Source: Lama guanicoe
Taxonomy: Eukaryota
Assembly: GCA_013239625.1 (NCBI GenBank)
Contig: MU054129.1
Location: 313,238-377,237 of the forward strand
DNA length: 64,000 bases
Reading direction: 5' to 3'
This document shows, piece after piece, positions 39,801 through 53,513 of this stretch. The stretch's first letter is position 1. Every line of letters starts with the position of its first letter. The position numbers and the translations under genes are program-made. Under the pieces are notes generated by a model. It saw nothing but the letters and a program-made list of their open reading frames with translations, did no database searches and was not told the origin of the DNA.

Positions 39801-42800
39801 TCAACATTTGTTGAGTGCCTGTCCTATGCTAAGCACTATGCATAGACACTTTCCCAAGCTACCTCATTTAATTTTGGCACCAATCATGTGGTAGAAATAT
39901 CACTCTCTCATGTTATAGATATATAAGCCAACTTAGAAAAGTTAAGTTGCCACAAATCTGCAGTTGCAACATTGGGAGTTGAATGTAAACTCAGGGTTCT
40001 CTCTACCACATCAAGATTCAATAGGTTTGAAGATGCAGTAAAAAATCAACAGCTAACATAGCTGTTATATTTTCTTCTGATATGGGCTCCTGGAAAATTG
40101 TTTCTCTTCCTAATTATTCATTTTATCTTATGATGGATATATAACTCTTAAAATGGCATCTTGCAATGCATTGTATTTAATAATGTAAGAGTACAATTTG
40201 GCTGTCATAGCATAATGAAATCCATCCACAAAACCCAGCTGATAGCCACAGAAAATGAGTGCTACTCAACCATCAAATGTGAATAGCAATTCCCAACACA
40301 CTGTACAAATCTTCACCTAAATCAGTGCAAACTTCTCCTTTTTTTCCTTTGGCCTGAAATAGACTCAGAAGTATCTAAGAATTTTAATATATTTATACTT
40401 ATAATTATATGCTAAATGATAGCTACATCAAAAATAAACACTTGTTTATGAAGAGTGTGATATGCTGCGTAGAACTTCATGACAAGAGAACTCCTAAGAC
40501 AACACGTTATCCTGTGTTTATGTTTGCTCAGTGCTCACCCAGGGATTTCCAGACCTCAGATTTGATGTTTATTTTACATATTGTTTACTTTGAAGTATGT
40601 GATGTCTCTGAGTAGTGTATGTGAGATCCCATCTTAGAGAATTCTTTTCTTTATACTTTCATTAATGTTAGAAATGTGTATTAAAGTTTCCTGGAAAACT
40701 ATTTTTAAAGCCTTCACTTATTCTTTCATTTTCAAAAACAGGTATAGATTGCTGCAGGGAGACCAAAATTAGAGGAGTTTTGCTCTTTACTAGAAGAGCC
40801 AGAAAGCTTATTAACCAGTCTGGTTAACACTTTCCTCTCCATTAAGAATAAATAGGCTGGAGATAATTAAGAGAACTGGTTAATGTGTATAATCTGTTTA
40901 TAAACTAAGGCCAGAAATTGTTAAATATCAGGTATAATTTCATTTGGAAAATGATATCTCTTTATTTTCAGATATGACATTTGACAAGTGAAAGAACTAA
41001 CTCATATTATGTTTCTTTGTGGAAAGGGATTTGCTACCAAAAAGAATTGGTTCCAGAGGGCTAAGCATTTTTGACATGTTCTTGAACGCTCATGCCCATT
41101 GTTTTATTAGAAAAACATGTTGGTTATTAGAATCCAAACTTTAATAAGGAAGCTAAAGTAGGTTTGTGAGAGAAAGCCTGGTGATACAACAAGAGAAAGT
41201 GTTATAAACATCAAGGAAATTTCTGACACCGATAGAATATTAATTTAATTCCAAATTTGCTGGACAATCCAAAACCTTACAGATTCACAAATTTAATCTT
41301 ACTGTCAGACTTTCAAAGTATCTCCATTTGGTTGAACTTTCCAGGATGCCCTCAGGATGTTTAATTTTGTAAATGCCACAGTAACACAGCACAGTAGAGA
41401 AAACCTTCAGGTCTACAGTTAGAGAGACCTGGGGCCGCATCGCATCTCTTTATTTCCTAGTGATGGGACCTACATCAAGTTTTTCACTCTGTTTTAGCTT
41501 TCTTATCTATGAAATGGTGTTAATTACAGTACATATTTCATGGAGTTGTTGTGAGAATAAAATAAAATAATGAACATACAATGTTTAACTCACAGTAAGC
41601 TCTCCATCCTTAGTCCTGCTTGTTTGTTATTATCGCATTATCCTGGGGCAAAAGGGGGACAGGGAATATGAGAAGTGATTTTCTTCCTCAGGACTGTCAA
41701 GATTCTACATATATGCAAATAAAGGACATCACCTAACATAGGAAAATACTCAAATATTCTAATGGTAAAAACAAAATCTAAAATAAACGCATTTTTGGCT
41801 GCCTCAAGCGTTTAATGATAGAATGACATAAATATTTACTTATGATGTGAGGTTTACCAATAGACCTATATTCTTATATTTTAACATAGTTAATGAAACG
41901 AATATGTAACATGTTAATTTTAAAATGTTGCTTATTTTTCATTCTCACATTCATCTTCAGTGTCAATGCCATTGGCACCCCTAGTGTTACTCTTAGGATA
42001 ATTGAACAGATCTCTGGAGCTCATATTCTCCAACTTTATGTAGACTGAGATACAGCAATGTTTTAATCCAGTAACAGGGCTATCATTGGAAAATTTATCC
42101 AAAGTCATAAGAACACATTTAAATGTTATTAGGAGTTTTGTGGGGTTTTTTAGTTGTTTTTTGTTTGTTTGTTTTCCAGTAAGTTTATGTTTATGATCAC
42201 CACAATATAACAATTTGCTAAATTTCTTTTACAGCAATCTTTTAAAAATCTTTTTTTAAGTATTGAATAGAGTGCTTTGGGCTAACTAGTTTAGTCCTGG
42301 GAGGCAAAAGAAGGCATCCCCACAGAGGTGGTGTGTGAATTGAACACCTAAATTGATTTAGATGTTTAATAGAAGAGGGTGGCAATAGTCCCCAAGGTAT
42401 ATCAATGGCAGGGATACTGGCCAAAGGCTACTGCACTAATATAGGGGTGGGCTGTAGGAAGCAGTGAGCTAGGAACTGAGTGGCAATGTCAAACTGAACA
42501 GTCACATCAAAGATTAAAGCACATAGATTTAAGCAAAGATAAAGAAAATCCAGTGGCCAATTGCATATAAGAGACAGAAAAGTCATAACAGGTGCTCAAG
42601 AATTATTTGTGAAATGATTGAGGAAATGATTAAAAATAAGCTCATGGTTTCAAGATGGAAATGATAACATTGGCAAAAGAAGCTTGTTCAGGGCTCAAAA
42701 TAATGAATCCAGTTGCACACTAGAAATATGTCATTCAGGAAGAGAAATGGGTGAAATCCTGCAGATGGAGACTTAGATATATGAATCTTCCACATATGGG

Positions 42801-43374
42801 GACAGGTGCAAAGAAAATGTAGTGCAACTGAGGTTAAAAACTGTCCGTGCTGAATTAAAGATAAATGGTTTGAGTGTAGCTTTCAATTCTTGAGTGATTA
42901 TGCTTGAGCGGTGAATACGCTGTACCTGTACAGCAGTGGAAAGAGCACTGGGCTTGAAATCAAGATGAACTGAATTCCCATCTTAGATTCTCCATTTACT
43001 GGCATGAGTGATTTTGGTAAGTTATTTAATCTCTCAGCTGGTTTATTTTTCATAACCATGAAAAACATCATCTCTCTCACTGAGAGTGAGAATTCAATGA
43101 AATAATCTAACATATGTCTGCCACATGGTAAGTATTCAGTTAATGTCTTTTTAATTTTAATCTAGAAAGAAAAAGAAGTTTGAGAAATATCTCTTTCCCC
43201 CCTGAAGGTACCTGTTCACCAGTAGAACCCAAGTTTAGCGAAGGTAAATGAGACAGGAAGAAGGAAGCATCAAGGACAGGAGAAGCATTCAGTCTAGCTG
43301 AGAGTCTCCTGTGGATCTTATTAGAATTCATCATGATGGCATCTAAAATTATTCCTTCATAACAATATCTCAGT

Positions 43375-43675
43375 ACAAGTTTAACATACAGAAACCAACT
43401 GCATTTCTATACACTAACGATGAAATACCAGAAAAGAAAAGAAACAATCCATTTTAAAATTGCATCCAAAAAATAAAATACTTAGGAATAAACCTGACCA
43501 AGGAAGTGAAAGACTTACACATGGAGAACTACAAAACACTGACTAAGGAAATTAAAGATGACTTAAAGAAATGTAAAGATATCCAATGCTCTTGGATAGG
43601 AAGAATTAATATTATTAAAATGGACATACAACCCAAAGAATTTTACAGATTTAATGCAACTTCTTTCAAATTATC
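43375..43675 (+). mobile_element. Internal L1 ORF2 fragment
   Basis: [49 protein letters not shown]. Confidence 0.85.
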
Positions 43676-43839
43676 AGATGAGAACCTTAATATCTTTGGC
43701 TAAAGGTCATTCCCAAAGTTCCAGGGCAAAAATCATAGAGAATGTGATCTTCAAAATATTTTTAGGTTGACTTTCTAAGCAGGACAAAGGAACATTTGAT
43801 TGGGTTATAGAACTATTATTCAAAATACTCCCTTGTCAA

Positions 43840-44370
43840 TGACAAGTGCTGGCCTGGTGGCTAGAGTTGGAAAACATCATTTAGCAGCCATGATAATACA
43901 GACTGGTTCAGACAAGAATCATCAGTGGCTGCTAAACCTGGGGGTGAGGGACTTTGAAGAACAGGATATTCACATAGCCTGTCTTCCTGTAGACTGCTTA
44001 TCAGTCACAAGCGAAAAAATATGTAACACATACTGCATATAAATATACATTGGGGAACTTGGGGAAAACCTCAACTGGGTGATCAAAATCAATAACTCCC
44101 ATGAGGGGTGGATGGACATCTTGTGTCTTGAGATGTGATACTCTAAAGGACACACACCACTTATGTCAGGTTATGGCCAAGAATGTAGAACCTGAACCTG
44201 ATTGTAAGGATCACCAGAAAAACCTAAGGAAGAATGTTCTATATAATTTTTAAAAAGTGACTGTATTCTTTTAAAAATATGTTAATGTCATTGAATATGT
44301 TCCAGACTGAAGCTCTAGGAGACAGAAGAGATGTGATGACTAAAACCCAGCCCCAGACCACAGGTCCTGG
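43840..44370 (+). mobile_element. Ancient L1MC-like 3' region
   Basis: Motifs 'tagagttggaaaacatcatt', 'ggttcagacaagaatcatca', 'gtgatcaaaatcaata' and 'tgttccagactgaag' are typical of L1MC4/5 3' ends. Confidence 0.55.
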
Positions 44371-46589
44371 AAGGCAGCTACTTCTCATCAAGGTTGATTT
44401 GGACAAAATTAAGAATCTTATTCATGGTCTAGACATCTTCATTAAATTTTTTAGAGAAATGTATCTAAACAGTTCTTTAAAATCTCCTTTTCACTTGATT
44501 GGATATGTAAAGAAGTTCTCTGACCAAGCAATGGCATTTCCTTTTGAAGTTGTTCTTACAGAGACGCCAATGAGGAGGGCCCCAAGCACGTCTAGCATGG
44601 CTTCAATTGTGGGCAGTGAGTAAACACAGCATGGACAAGAGCCTAGACTCAAAGCTCCTAAAATAATATAAAATTTCCCTGAACCTTCCTTAAAGACCAA
44701 TATTGGACATGGTCTGTAGAGTCTCTTCCAGGCCTGGAAAAAGTATGATTGGTGGAATAGAAATGTTGATCACGTAAAATGAGCCACTGTCATCACAGCT
44801 GACAACCTAGAGTCTTCACATACTGTACTTGTAGTGGCAAAACCCTTGCTTGAAGGGAACCTTAGTAAAACCTCAACTAAAGCAGAAGGGAGGAGCCGCT
44901 GTGGTGGATGTCTGGTGGTGGCCTGAAGCCTGGTCTCCCCATCACCCCAGCAGTGCCCCAACCCAATTTCTACAAACCCTAGGATGTGAATCTGGCGTTA
45001 TCGACCACATGGGTTAAAAGGCATTCTAGTGACTCACCTTTTTCCTTCCTTTGATTTACATATATATTCTAACATAATTGCCTTAATTTTGACCTTATTA
45101 AAAATTCTAAAAATACTCCCTCTCTTAGATGGTTAGGCCTACTGATGGTTCAATTACGTATTATGTCTAAAGGAGCATATGCTTCCTATAGGTGACTGAG
45201 TGAACTCTCATTTCCCAAAACAGGCTTTTCTACTCTAATGCTATACATAAAGGGCGGAACCCTACTCTGCAAAATAGCACAATAAAATAGCAGAGACTAT
45301 GGGGGAAAAAAACACGTTTGAGGAAGACTGCTCGAAATGTAACAAAAACACAACAATCCTAATAAAAATAGCAGCACACCTGCATTTGGACCAGTGTATC
45401 AGTCAGTTGCTCCTTTGTAATCAAAATCCTGGATTTTGTGCCTCTTCTTTGGAGATAGAGGTCCTGAGGGCATTCCTGTCTCAAAGAGATCAGTTTCATT
45501 AAAATCAGAAATCTGACCCCGAATATAGACATCTTTGTCAAGAAAATCTAGTTTAACATAAAGGAAATGCTTCCAGTCTGTTCAGTTTTGCTTTCAGCTT
45601 CACCAGAAAACAGAGTGGGTTCTGGAAACCACTAAACCAGCCACTATCGGCACAAAGAAAGGCCTTTCTGTCAACGTTCAGCGTGTCAGTCTCCTTATGG
45701 TCTTCTTATAATGCTAAGGCCTCCTCTTTAATTGTAAGCAGCCTTGCCCCTGGTGGTTTTATGCCATGACTATGTTGGGAAAGATCATATGAGAACTGTA
45801 GCCCTTCCATGTTATCCTGACGTCATTCCTTCATTCACCAGCCATCTACTGAGTGAGTTTTCATTGAAGAAACAGTCACTGTAAGAGAACAAGCTATATC
45901 TCCATTCCCATTTTTATAAGGAGCTTCAGGGGAGAAGAGAGCAAATGGGCATTTATCAAGTAGCCACTGGGTGCCAACTGCTCTGCTGGGCACTTTACGT
46001 ATTTAATATCATCTAATTTTCACAATCTTACTAAGAGGTAGGTTCTTATCCCTGTTTAACAGATTAGAAAACTGAGGCTCATAACCTCCCCCAGGTGATG
46101 TAGCAGAGCCAGATTTACATTTCAGTCTCACTGCCATCCAAGTTTGTGCTCTTTATGTACATATTACATTGATTAGCTTTTAATGCAAAATCCCACCACT
46201 TGCATTATTAACTGGATGGAACTAGTCCCTTTCATTGCTAATTACCTTTGGCATGTTATATATTATTGGAAGAGATTTTTCCCCCTAAATCATGTAAAAG
46301 TGTTTTACCAAGATCCAGAATGATTTATTCTAGGCCATCAGCTTTTATAGTAACTTTTCTTTTGTTACGTTTTATAGGAGTGTAGAATTTTATTAAAGCA
46401 CTTTCAATATAATATTTTTCCTTTGATCTTTACAATAGTCATGTGATATAGACCAAGTAGCATATCCTATTCTCATTCGACAAATAATGGCACAGAGCCT
46501 CAAAGAGGTAAAGTAGCTCTTACCCCAAGTTACTAATTGGCTGACTCAGGACTCAAACCATGTTTTCTGCCTCAAAGATCAGCTTTGTC

Positions 46590-47940
46590 CTTATAAATGT
46601 CAGAGAAATGTGACCCATTTTCATGGGGAGAAAAAGATGCCAACCTGAGGATGACCCAGACTTATTATGGCTATGTTCAATGACAGAAAGAAAAATATGC
46701 TTATGATGAATAAAAAGATAACACAACTCAGCTGAGAGTTAGAAAGTATAAAAAGAGATTATAAAAGAAAAAGTACAGAGCTAAAATATACAAGATCAAA
46801 AAAAAGTCTCTTGAGGCACTTTTTCTTTTTTAGCAGAATGGAGATGGCAAATGAAGGAATCAATGAATTTAAACATAGATCCGAGGGAAAGAAAAAAATA
46901 GGGACAATAATGAACAAAGCCTCAGGAACTGCGGGACAATTTCTCAAGATCTACACAAGGTAACTATAGTACTGGAAGGAGGGGGAAAGGGACAGGAAAT
47001 AATATTTGAAGAATTGTGGTTGAAGAATTCCCAAATAATAGTGAAAGACATAGATTTACAGATTTAAGAAGCTTAGAGAATCTCAAACAAGATATATTGG
47101 GGGAAAAAAAAGCACATCATAGTCAGGCTAAAAACAAAAGATAATGAGAATATCTTAAAAGTGGCCAGAGAAAAGTCAGTGTGTCTTTATATCTATATCT
47201 ATATCTATATCTATATCTATATCTATATCTATATCTATATCTATCTCAGAATAATGATTCAAGTAACTGAGACTCCTCATCAGAAACCATGGCAACCAGA
47301 AGACAATGAAACAACGTCTCTAAAATGCTGAAAGAAAAAAATAAAACTACAAACCTGGACTTGTATATCCAACAAAACTATCTTTCATGAATGAATGGAA
47401 AATACAGACATTTCTCTGATAAAGGAAAACTTAGAGAATATATTGTCCAAAGACCTGCATGACAAGAGATACTAGAGGAAGTTCTTCAGACTAAAGAAAT
47501 CCTTGGATCTTAAAGAATGAAGGAAGAGCAGGAGAAACAGTAACTATTGTAAGTATAAAATATTTTCCTCTTACTATCTTTAAAATATATATGAATGCTT
47601 ACAGGAAAAAGTGTAAGATTGTCTTGTGGGACATATGAATATTATAACATAAAGGGCAGCAGGGATGGGGGTGGTAAATGGACCTGTATGTTTTGATTAT
47701 GTCGTTCCATGTTCTACATAAAGTGTTATAATATTAACCCTAAGTAGACTGTGAAAAACTGAAAAACAAAACACCTACATATGTACATGTATATGATGTA
47801 CGTATATAATATGTTATACATATATAATACATATACGCATGTACAATACATTATATATGTGTTTATATATATATTCTAGAGTAACCATAAAAAATGTAAA
47901 GAAGTAGAGCTGAAGAAAATCAATAGATAAATGAAAGTTA
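46590..47940 (+). mobile_element. Old L1M ORF1/inter-ORF remnant with (ATATCT)n microsatellite
   Basis: 'gaaataatatttgaagaa...gacatagatttacagatttaagaagct...ctcatcagaaaccatggcaaccagaagacaatgaaacaacgtc' is ORF1-like; hexamer repeat at ~47188-47244. Confidence 0.7.
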
Positions 47941-50900
47941 ATAGCCTGCCCACCACTGTCTAAAGATGGGGTGGAGGTGGGTACAATATGGCCTGGTTTC
48001 TGTGTGCATCAACCCAAGGCCAGCAGAGCCAGCTGACAAAGATGACAGCTGACTTGGACTCTAAATACAGCCCTTTGCTGGGTCTTTGGGAGGAAAGGGG
48101 GAGAAAAGACAGAGAAATAGGCTTTCTGGGACATCACAAATGACCCATGTTGGGGAGGGAGTCAGGCACACTGTGGGGCCAGAGAGGGAGCCAAGATGTC
48201 CTGAGCACTGGACTCAGAGTCTGGATGCCTGGACAGAAGGGCCAAAGCTGCACTCACAAGCTATGTGACAGAGTGACTCATTTGACCTCTCTAGGCCTCG
48301 GATCCCTGCTCTGCAAAATGAGGGGGTAGGAGTTACATCAAATTCTTAGTAATTGCCTCTCTGGAGGGAAGGGACAGCCAGGCATCCATGCCTCCTACTT
48401 TATATACATTTGTATTGATCAGTGTCTGGCTTCTTCATGCTCAGAATGATGCCCTTTGTCACTCTATCCTCTTCTAAGTCAAGTACATTTACCACCCCCA
48501 CCCCCATTATGATTCATCAATGTAAAGACTCCTAAATATACGTCTTCATTTGGACTTCTTCTCCACGCTCCAAACTCATGTATCCAGCTGCCTATTCAGC
48601 AGCTCTACTTGGATATCCTACCAGCACATAAACATCAAAATATTCTAAGCAAGTGTCTTCATCAGAAATTAAGTATCAGAATCACCTGGGAAATCTTGGC
48701 AAGAAGGCAAAGGCCCAGACCATATTCTACTTCAGTGAGTCTGTGCCTCTGGGTTCCTTTTTAGCTCTCCTGGTAAATCTGATCCCCACCAAAATTTGAG
48801 AAACACTGCTTTAAACAAAACCCACAATTTACTCCCAACCCTTCTATTCTTCCAATCAGTTCCTTTCCAGCATCCCGCTTTTCAGAGAATGGCACCATCA
48901 TCCACCCAGAGACACAGGCCAGATACAGGTGTCATCCTTGGACCTCTGTCACCCTCACCCCTAAGCATCACCCACTATTAAATGTTTTCCATGTTTCTCC
49001 CAGATCCCTCTGAGCTTCATTCACCTGCACTGCCCCTTGGCTTCCTGACACAACTTGCTTCTACTGTTGCTGCTCCCATCCATTCTCCACGTGTCAGTCA
49101 GGGGAAAGGTTTTTTAAAAATATTTTGAGACATTTCAACCTCTAGAAAAGTTTCAAGAATACTACGAAGACTGCCTGTACACTCCTCACCCAGACGCTGC
49201 ATTCCAACTTCTAACAATCTTCACAGAAACGCCTTTTTGGGGATCACATGTATCACCCAGTTTTCATGCCTCTCTAATGCCCATCAGTCTGGAGCAGTTG
49301 CCAGTGTCCTCAATGTTCATGACCTTGAGATGTTAAGGCCGTAGGTTAGGCATTTAATAGAGTGTATCTCAATTTTAGTTATTCTGATGTTTCTTCATGG
49401 TAAGTCCTAAGTTACACATTTTGAACAGTGTTCTTTCACTGTGTCCTCTCTAGGGGCACACGATGTCTACTTACGCTGTCATTGGTGGTGTGAACACTAA
49501 TCATTTGATTCAGATGGTGTGACCAGACATCTCTGTAAGGTTACTGTCTCCTTTTCTGTAATAAATATTTTGGGAGGAAATACTTTGAGGCTATGTAAAA
49601 CCCCATTTCTCTCCTCAGTTTCACCCCAAGTACTAGCACCCACTGATGTTTCTTAACTATTAATCCGATGGTTGCCAAATAGTGATTTTCTAATAACATC
49701 ATTCTTTACACTATTCAGGGAAAGCTTTATCTTTTATTTCTTTGATTCATTTATATTCATATCAGTGTGGACTCCATCATTCCTTATTCAAAGTTTATAA
49801 TCTGTTACAATCATTGTATATTTTGAGGCTCAGATTATCTCATATTTGACCCTTGGGGAGCCCTTCAAGCTGGGTATTTGTGGTCTTCTGACAGATTCCC
49901 ATCATTCTTTGCATACTTTCTTACTTTCTGGCACAAAAAATATGTACTAACTCATCTCATACTTCCCCTGCCCAAGCTCTGGAAGGGGTCATTTCTCTAA
50001 TGAGCCCTGGTTGCTTTTAGTATAGAAGAGAATATAGAATCCAAGATGAGTGCCAGGTGACGTCTTTGCTACACAGGTGCCACTGCTTGAGCCATTCTCC
50101 CCTCATATTTATTTCTTTATCTCTTTATATATTGAAAACCACAAGTTCACACTGATAGCTCCAATTCCAATTCAGCACCATGTAATTCATTCTAGCTTTC
50201 GTGCTTTCCATATTCGAACATCCTTTTCCAAAAGCTCCCATTTCCCCAATATGTTTCTCAGTATCCCCCTGTATAGCTAATCTCCCAAGCTCGCTGGGTT
50301 TCCATTCCCTCCCATGTGGGTCTCAATGCCTCCTAGGGCTTGCCTCCCTAACTCAGGACATCTACTTTGATTAGGCTTGCCAGATGGCTTTTTGGTGAAA
50401 GAAAGAAGGAAGAAAGCCAAGAAAGGTTTTTTTTTTTTTTTTGTCTTGTTTGTTAAGAAGGAAGGGAAGAGATTGGAAAGGGAAAGCCGGAGAAAAACCA
50501 GGTTATTTTTCTAAAGTGCAAATCCTTCACTTTTGGATGATGTGCGTCCAACTGCACACACATACATACAGAGCCCTTGAGTGACCCCCCTTGGTCTAAG
50601 GCTGTAAGTTCCATCACAAGGGTCCAGAAGGCTCTGCATAATGTAACTGCTGCTGATATCCTAGGTCCTTTTCCCCTTCTTTATCCAAATGCCAAGCATT
50701 GAGGTCTTCTCTCAGCTCCTCTAAAATTTCATCTTCCCTCTGGCCTCAGGGCCTTTGTATGTGCTGCTATGTTTCTCAGTGCTCTAATCTGCCCCATTTA
50801 CTTGGACGACTTATTCTTCAAATCTCTGCTGGAGCACTATCTCCTCCTCTGGATGCCTTCCTTAATTCCCCTAGATAGAGTCAGATTACTTTTCTTATTT

Positions 50901-51901
50901 ATTGTTTTATTCATGCTCTCATAGAACACAAGGGCTCTTATCTCAACTGGCAATTATGCCCTTATTTGTGTATGTGTCTGATTCACCTTCCCTTTCCTTA
51001 TTCAATTGTGAGCAATGTAGGAACAGTAATGCTGTCTCTTTTCAATCCTCATTGTGCCTCTATAGCTTGTGGTCCAGGACTGGCACTAGTAGATGATCAA
51101 TAAATATTTTTCATGTGAATAAACTGTGTTTTTAGAAACATACATTGTTTAGTCAACACACATGATCATTTTCTCTATTTTGAACAAAAGGCAAAGCATG
51201 AAGAATAATATGATAAGATGTGAAGGATCCCAAAAGCTGTTAGGCTGAGGAGTTTGTAAGATTTATCATTCAGAAGAAACATTTACAAAACCACAACCAA
51301 TGATCTAAATAATGCGTGCAGGAAAATGCTGTGGGGAGACTTCCACCTAAGAAACTTCCAATGTAAAGCACATACATACTGTGTATTTGGTTCACATTAT
51401 TATTTAGTTGACTCGGGGTCATCAAAAGGTTGATCATTCCAAATGTAGAATAAAGTTCTATTCAGAATCCATATGTGAGTGTATACATGTGTGTGCATTT
51501 TGGAACTGGACAAAGTGATCTTAAATTGCCCTTGAAAGAAAAGATATTTGAAAAGAGCCAAGAAATTTTTTTTAAATGAGGAATAACTTACTTTACCTAA
51601 ACAATAAAACTTGCTAAAATTATTACAACCAGAGAAATACAGATAGTAAAACTTCTGATAAACTTATTATAATCAGAATAATATGGTTGGGCATAAGAAG
51701 AAACAGATCAATGGAGCAGAACTGAGAATCAAAGTTGATGTAAGGAACTTAACATACGACAAGGATGACATGTAGTCCAATAAAATATAGAAACTATCTT
51801 TTATAAATGATGGCATAATTTATCTATTCACCTGTATGAAAACAGGGTAAGACTATATGTCCTGCCACGTTCAAAGACATATTTAAGAATAGCCCTGGTG
51901 T

Positions 51902-52942
51902 TCTGCACAGCAAAGGAAACCAGAAGTAAAACAAGAAGAAAACCTACGGAATGGGAGAAAATTTTTGCAAGTGAAACCGACAAAGGCTTGATCTCCAGAA
52001 TATATAAGCAGCTCATACGACTCAATAAGAAAAAAATAAACAACCCAATCCAAAAATGGGCAGAAGACCTAAACAAGCAACTCTCCAAGGAAGACATACA
52101 AATGATCAAAAAGCACATGAAAAAATGCTCAATATCACTAATTATCAGAGAAATGCAAATCAAAACTACAATGAGGTATCACCTCACACCAGTCAGAATG
52201 GCCGTCATTCAAAAATCCACAAATGACAAATGCTGGAGAGGCTGTGGAGAAAGGGGAACCCTCCTACACTGCTGGTGGGAATGCAGTTTGGTGCANNNNN
52301 NNNNNNNNNNNNNNNNNNNNNNNNNNNNNNNNNNNNNNNNNNNNNNNNNNNNNNNNNNNNNNNNNNNNNNNNNNNNNNNNNNNNNNNNNNNNNNNNNNNN
52401 NNNNNNNNNNNNNNNNNNNNNNNNNNNNNNNNNNNNNNNNNNNNNNNNNNNNNNNNNNNNNNNNNNNNNNNNNNNNNNNNNNNNNNNNNNNNNNNNNNNN
52501 NNNNNNNNNNNNNNNNNNNNNNNNNNNNNNNNNNNNNNNNNNNNNNNNNNNNNNNNNNNNNNNNNNNNNNNNNNNNNNNNNNNNNNNNNNNNNNNNNNNN
52601 NNNNNNNNNNNNNNNNNNNNNNNNNNNNNNNNNNNNNNNNNNNNNNNNNNNNNNNNNNNNNNNNNNNNNNNNNNNNNNNNNNNNNNNNNNNNNNNNNNNN
52701 NNNNNNNNNNNNNNNNNNNNNNNNNNNNNNNNNNNNNNNNNNNNNNNNNNNNNNNNNNNNNNNNNNNNNNNNNNNNNNNNNNNNNNNNNNNNNNNNNNNN
52801 NNNNNNNNNNNNNNNNNNNNNNNNNNNNNNNNNNNNNNNNNNNNNNNNNNNNNNNNNNNNNNNNNNNNNNNNNNNNNNNNNNNNNNNNNNNNNNNNNNNN
52901 NNNNNNNNNNNNNNNNNNNNNAAAAAATGTTAAAAAAAAAAA
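51902..52942 (+). mobile_element. Young 5'-truncated L1 insertion spanning an assembly gap
   Basis: Uninterrupted ORF2 C-terminal frame incl. [19 protein letters not shown] tail, and perfect 17-bp TSD aagaatagccctggtgt (51885-51901 / 52943-52959) at a TTT/AAGA site. Confidence 0.93.
52296..52921. other. Assembly gap (626 N)
   Basis: Run of N inside the young L1. Confidence 1.
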
Positions 52943-53305
52943 AAGAATAGCCCTGGTGTCTATCAACAAGAGGATGGAGAAGCAAGTGCTGGAATGCTGC
53001 AGTAAGTAAGAACAAACTCCTTCCATGCACAGTGCTCACTGAATCTCACACGGAGACCACTAAGGGAAAGCAGGCTGACATGAAGAGCATCCTGATTCTA
53101 CTTACGTCGACTTCTAGAACAGGCAAAACAAACCTATGGTTGAAAAAAGTCACAACAGTGGGCGCCTTGGTGTGGGGTGGGGAAGGGACATGAGAGAGCT
53201 TCCTGGCCTGAGGATAATGTTCTGGATCTTGACAGGATTTGGGGTTGCACAGTTGGGTGTATTCATTAAAACTCTGCAGTGTCCACTTCAGATTTGTGCA
53301 CTTTT

Positions 53306-53513
53306 GGGGGGGGGTAAACAAAGTTTATTCTAGGAAGAGCAACTCATTGAGAGAGAAAACCATTTTAAAACTTACATATATGTACTGTTCATTGTTTCTA
53401 AGAACAGATTAGAGCTTTAGCTTTTTAAACTTACATAGTTATCAAAGGAATAAAGTCAACCACAAAATAAGAATCAACAGAATGCAGGAATCCAATCAAA
53501 AAGGACAGTCAGA
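53306..53513 (-). pseudogene. Short retroposed mRNA 3'-end fragment (resembles an hnRNP A3-type 3'UTR; source tentative)
   Basis: Perfect 16-bp TSD agatttgtgcactttt (53290-53305 / 53514-53529), minus-strand AATAAA at 53324-53329; inserted into an L1ME-like 3' end. Source gene assignment is from memory only. Confidence 0.7.

Noticed and set aside
40530..42135. Possible decayed exons with polypyrimidine-AG acceptors (~40742, ~40971, ~41961), with weak KH-like or C2H2-like strings
   Set aside because: The resemblances are short, mutually inconsistent and interrupted by stops; not supportable without a search.
51898..53039. ORFs of 236-350 aa
   Set aside because: Lengths are artefacts of translating through the N gap; only the L1 ORF2 part is real.
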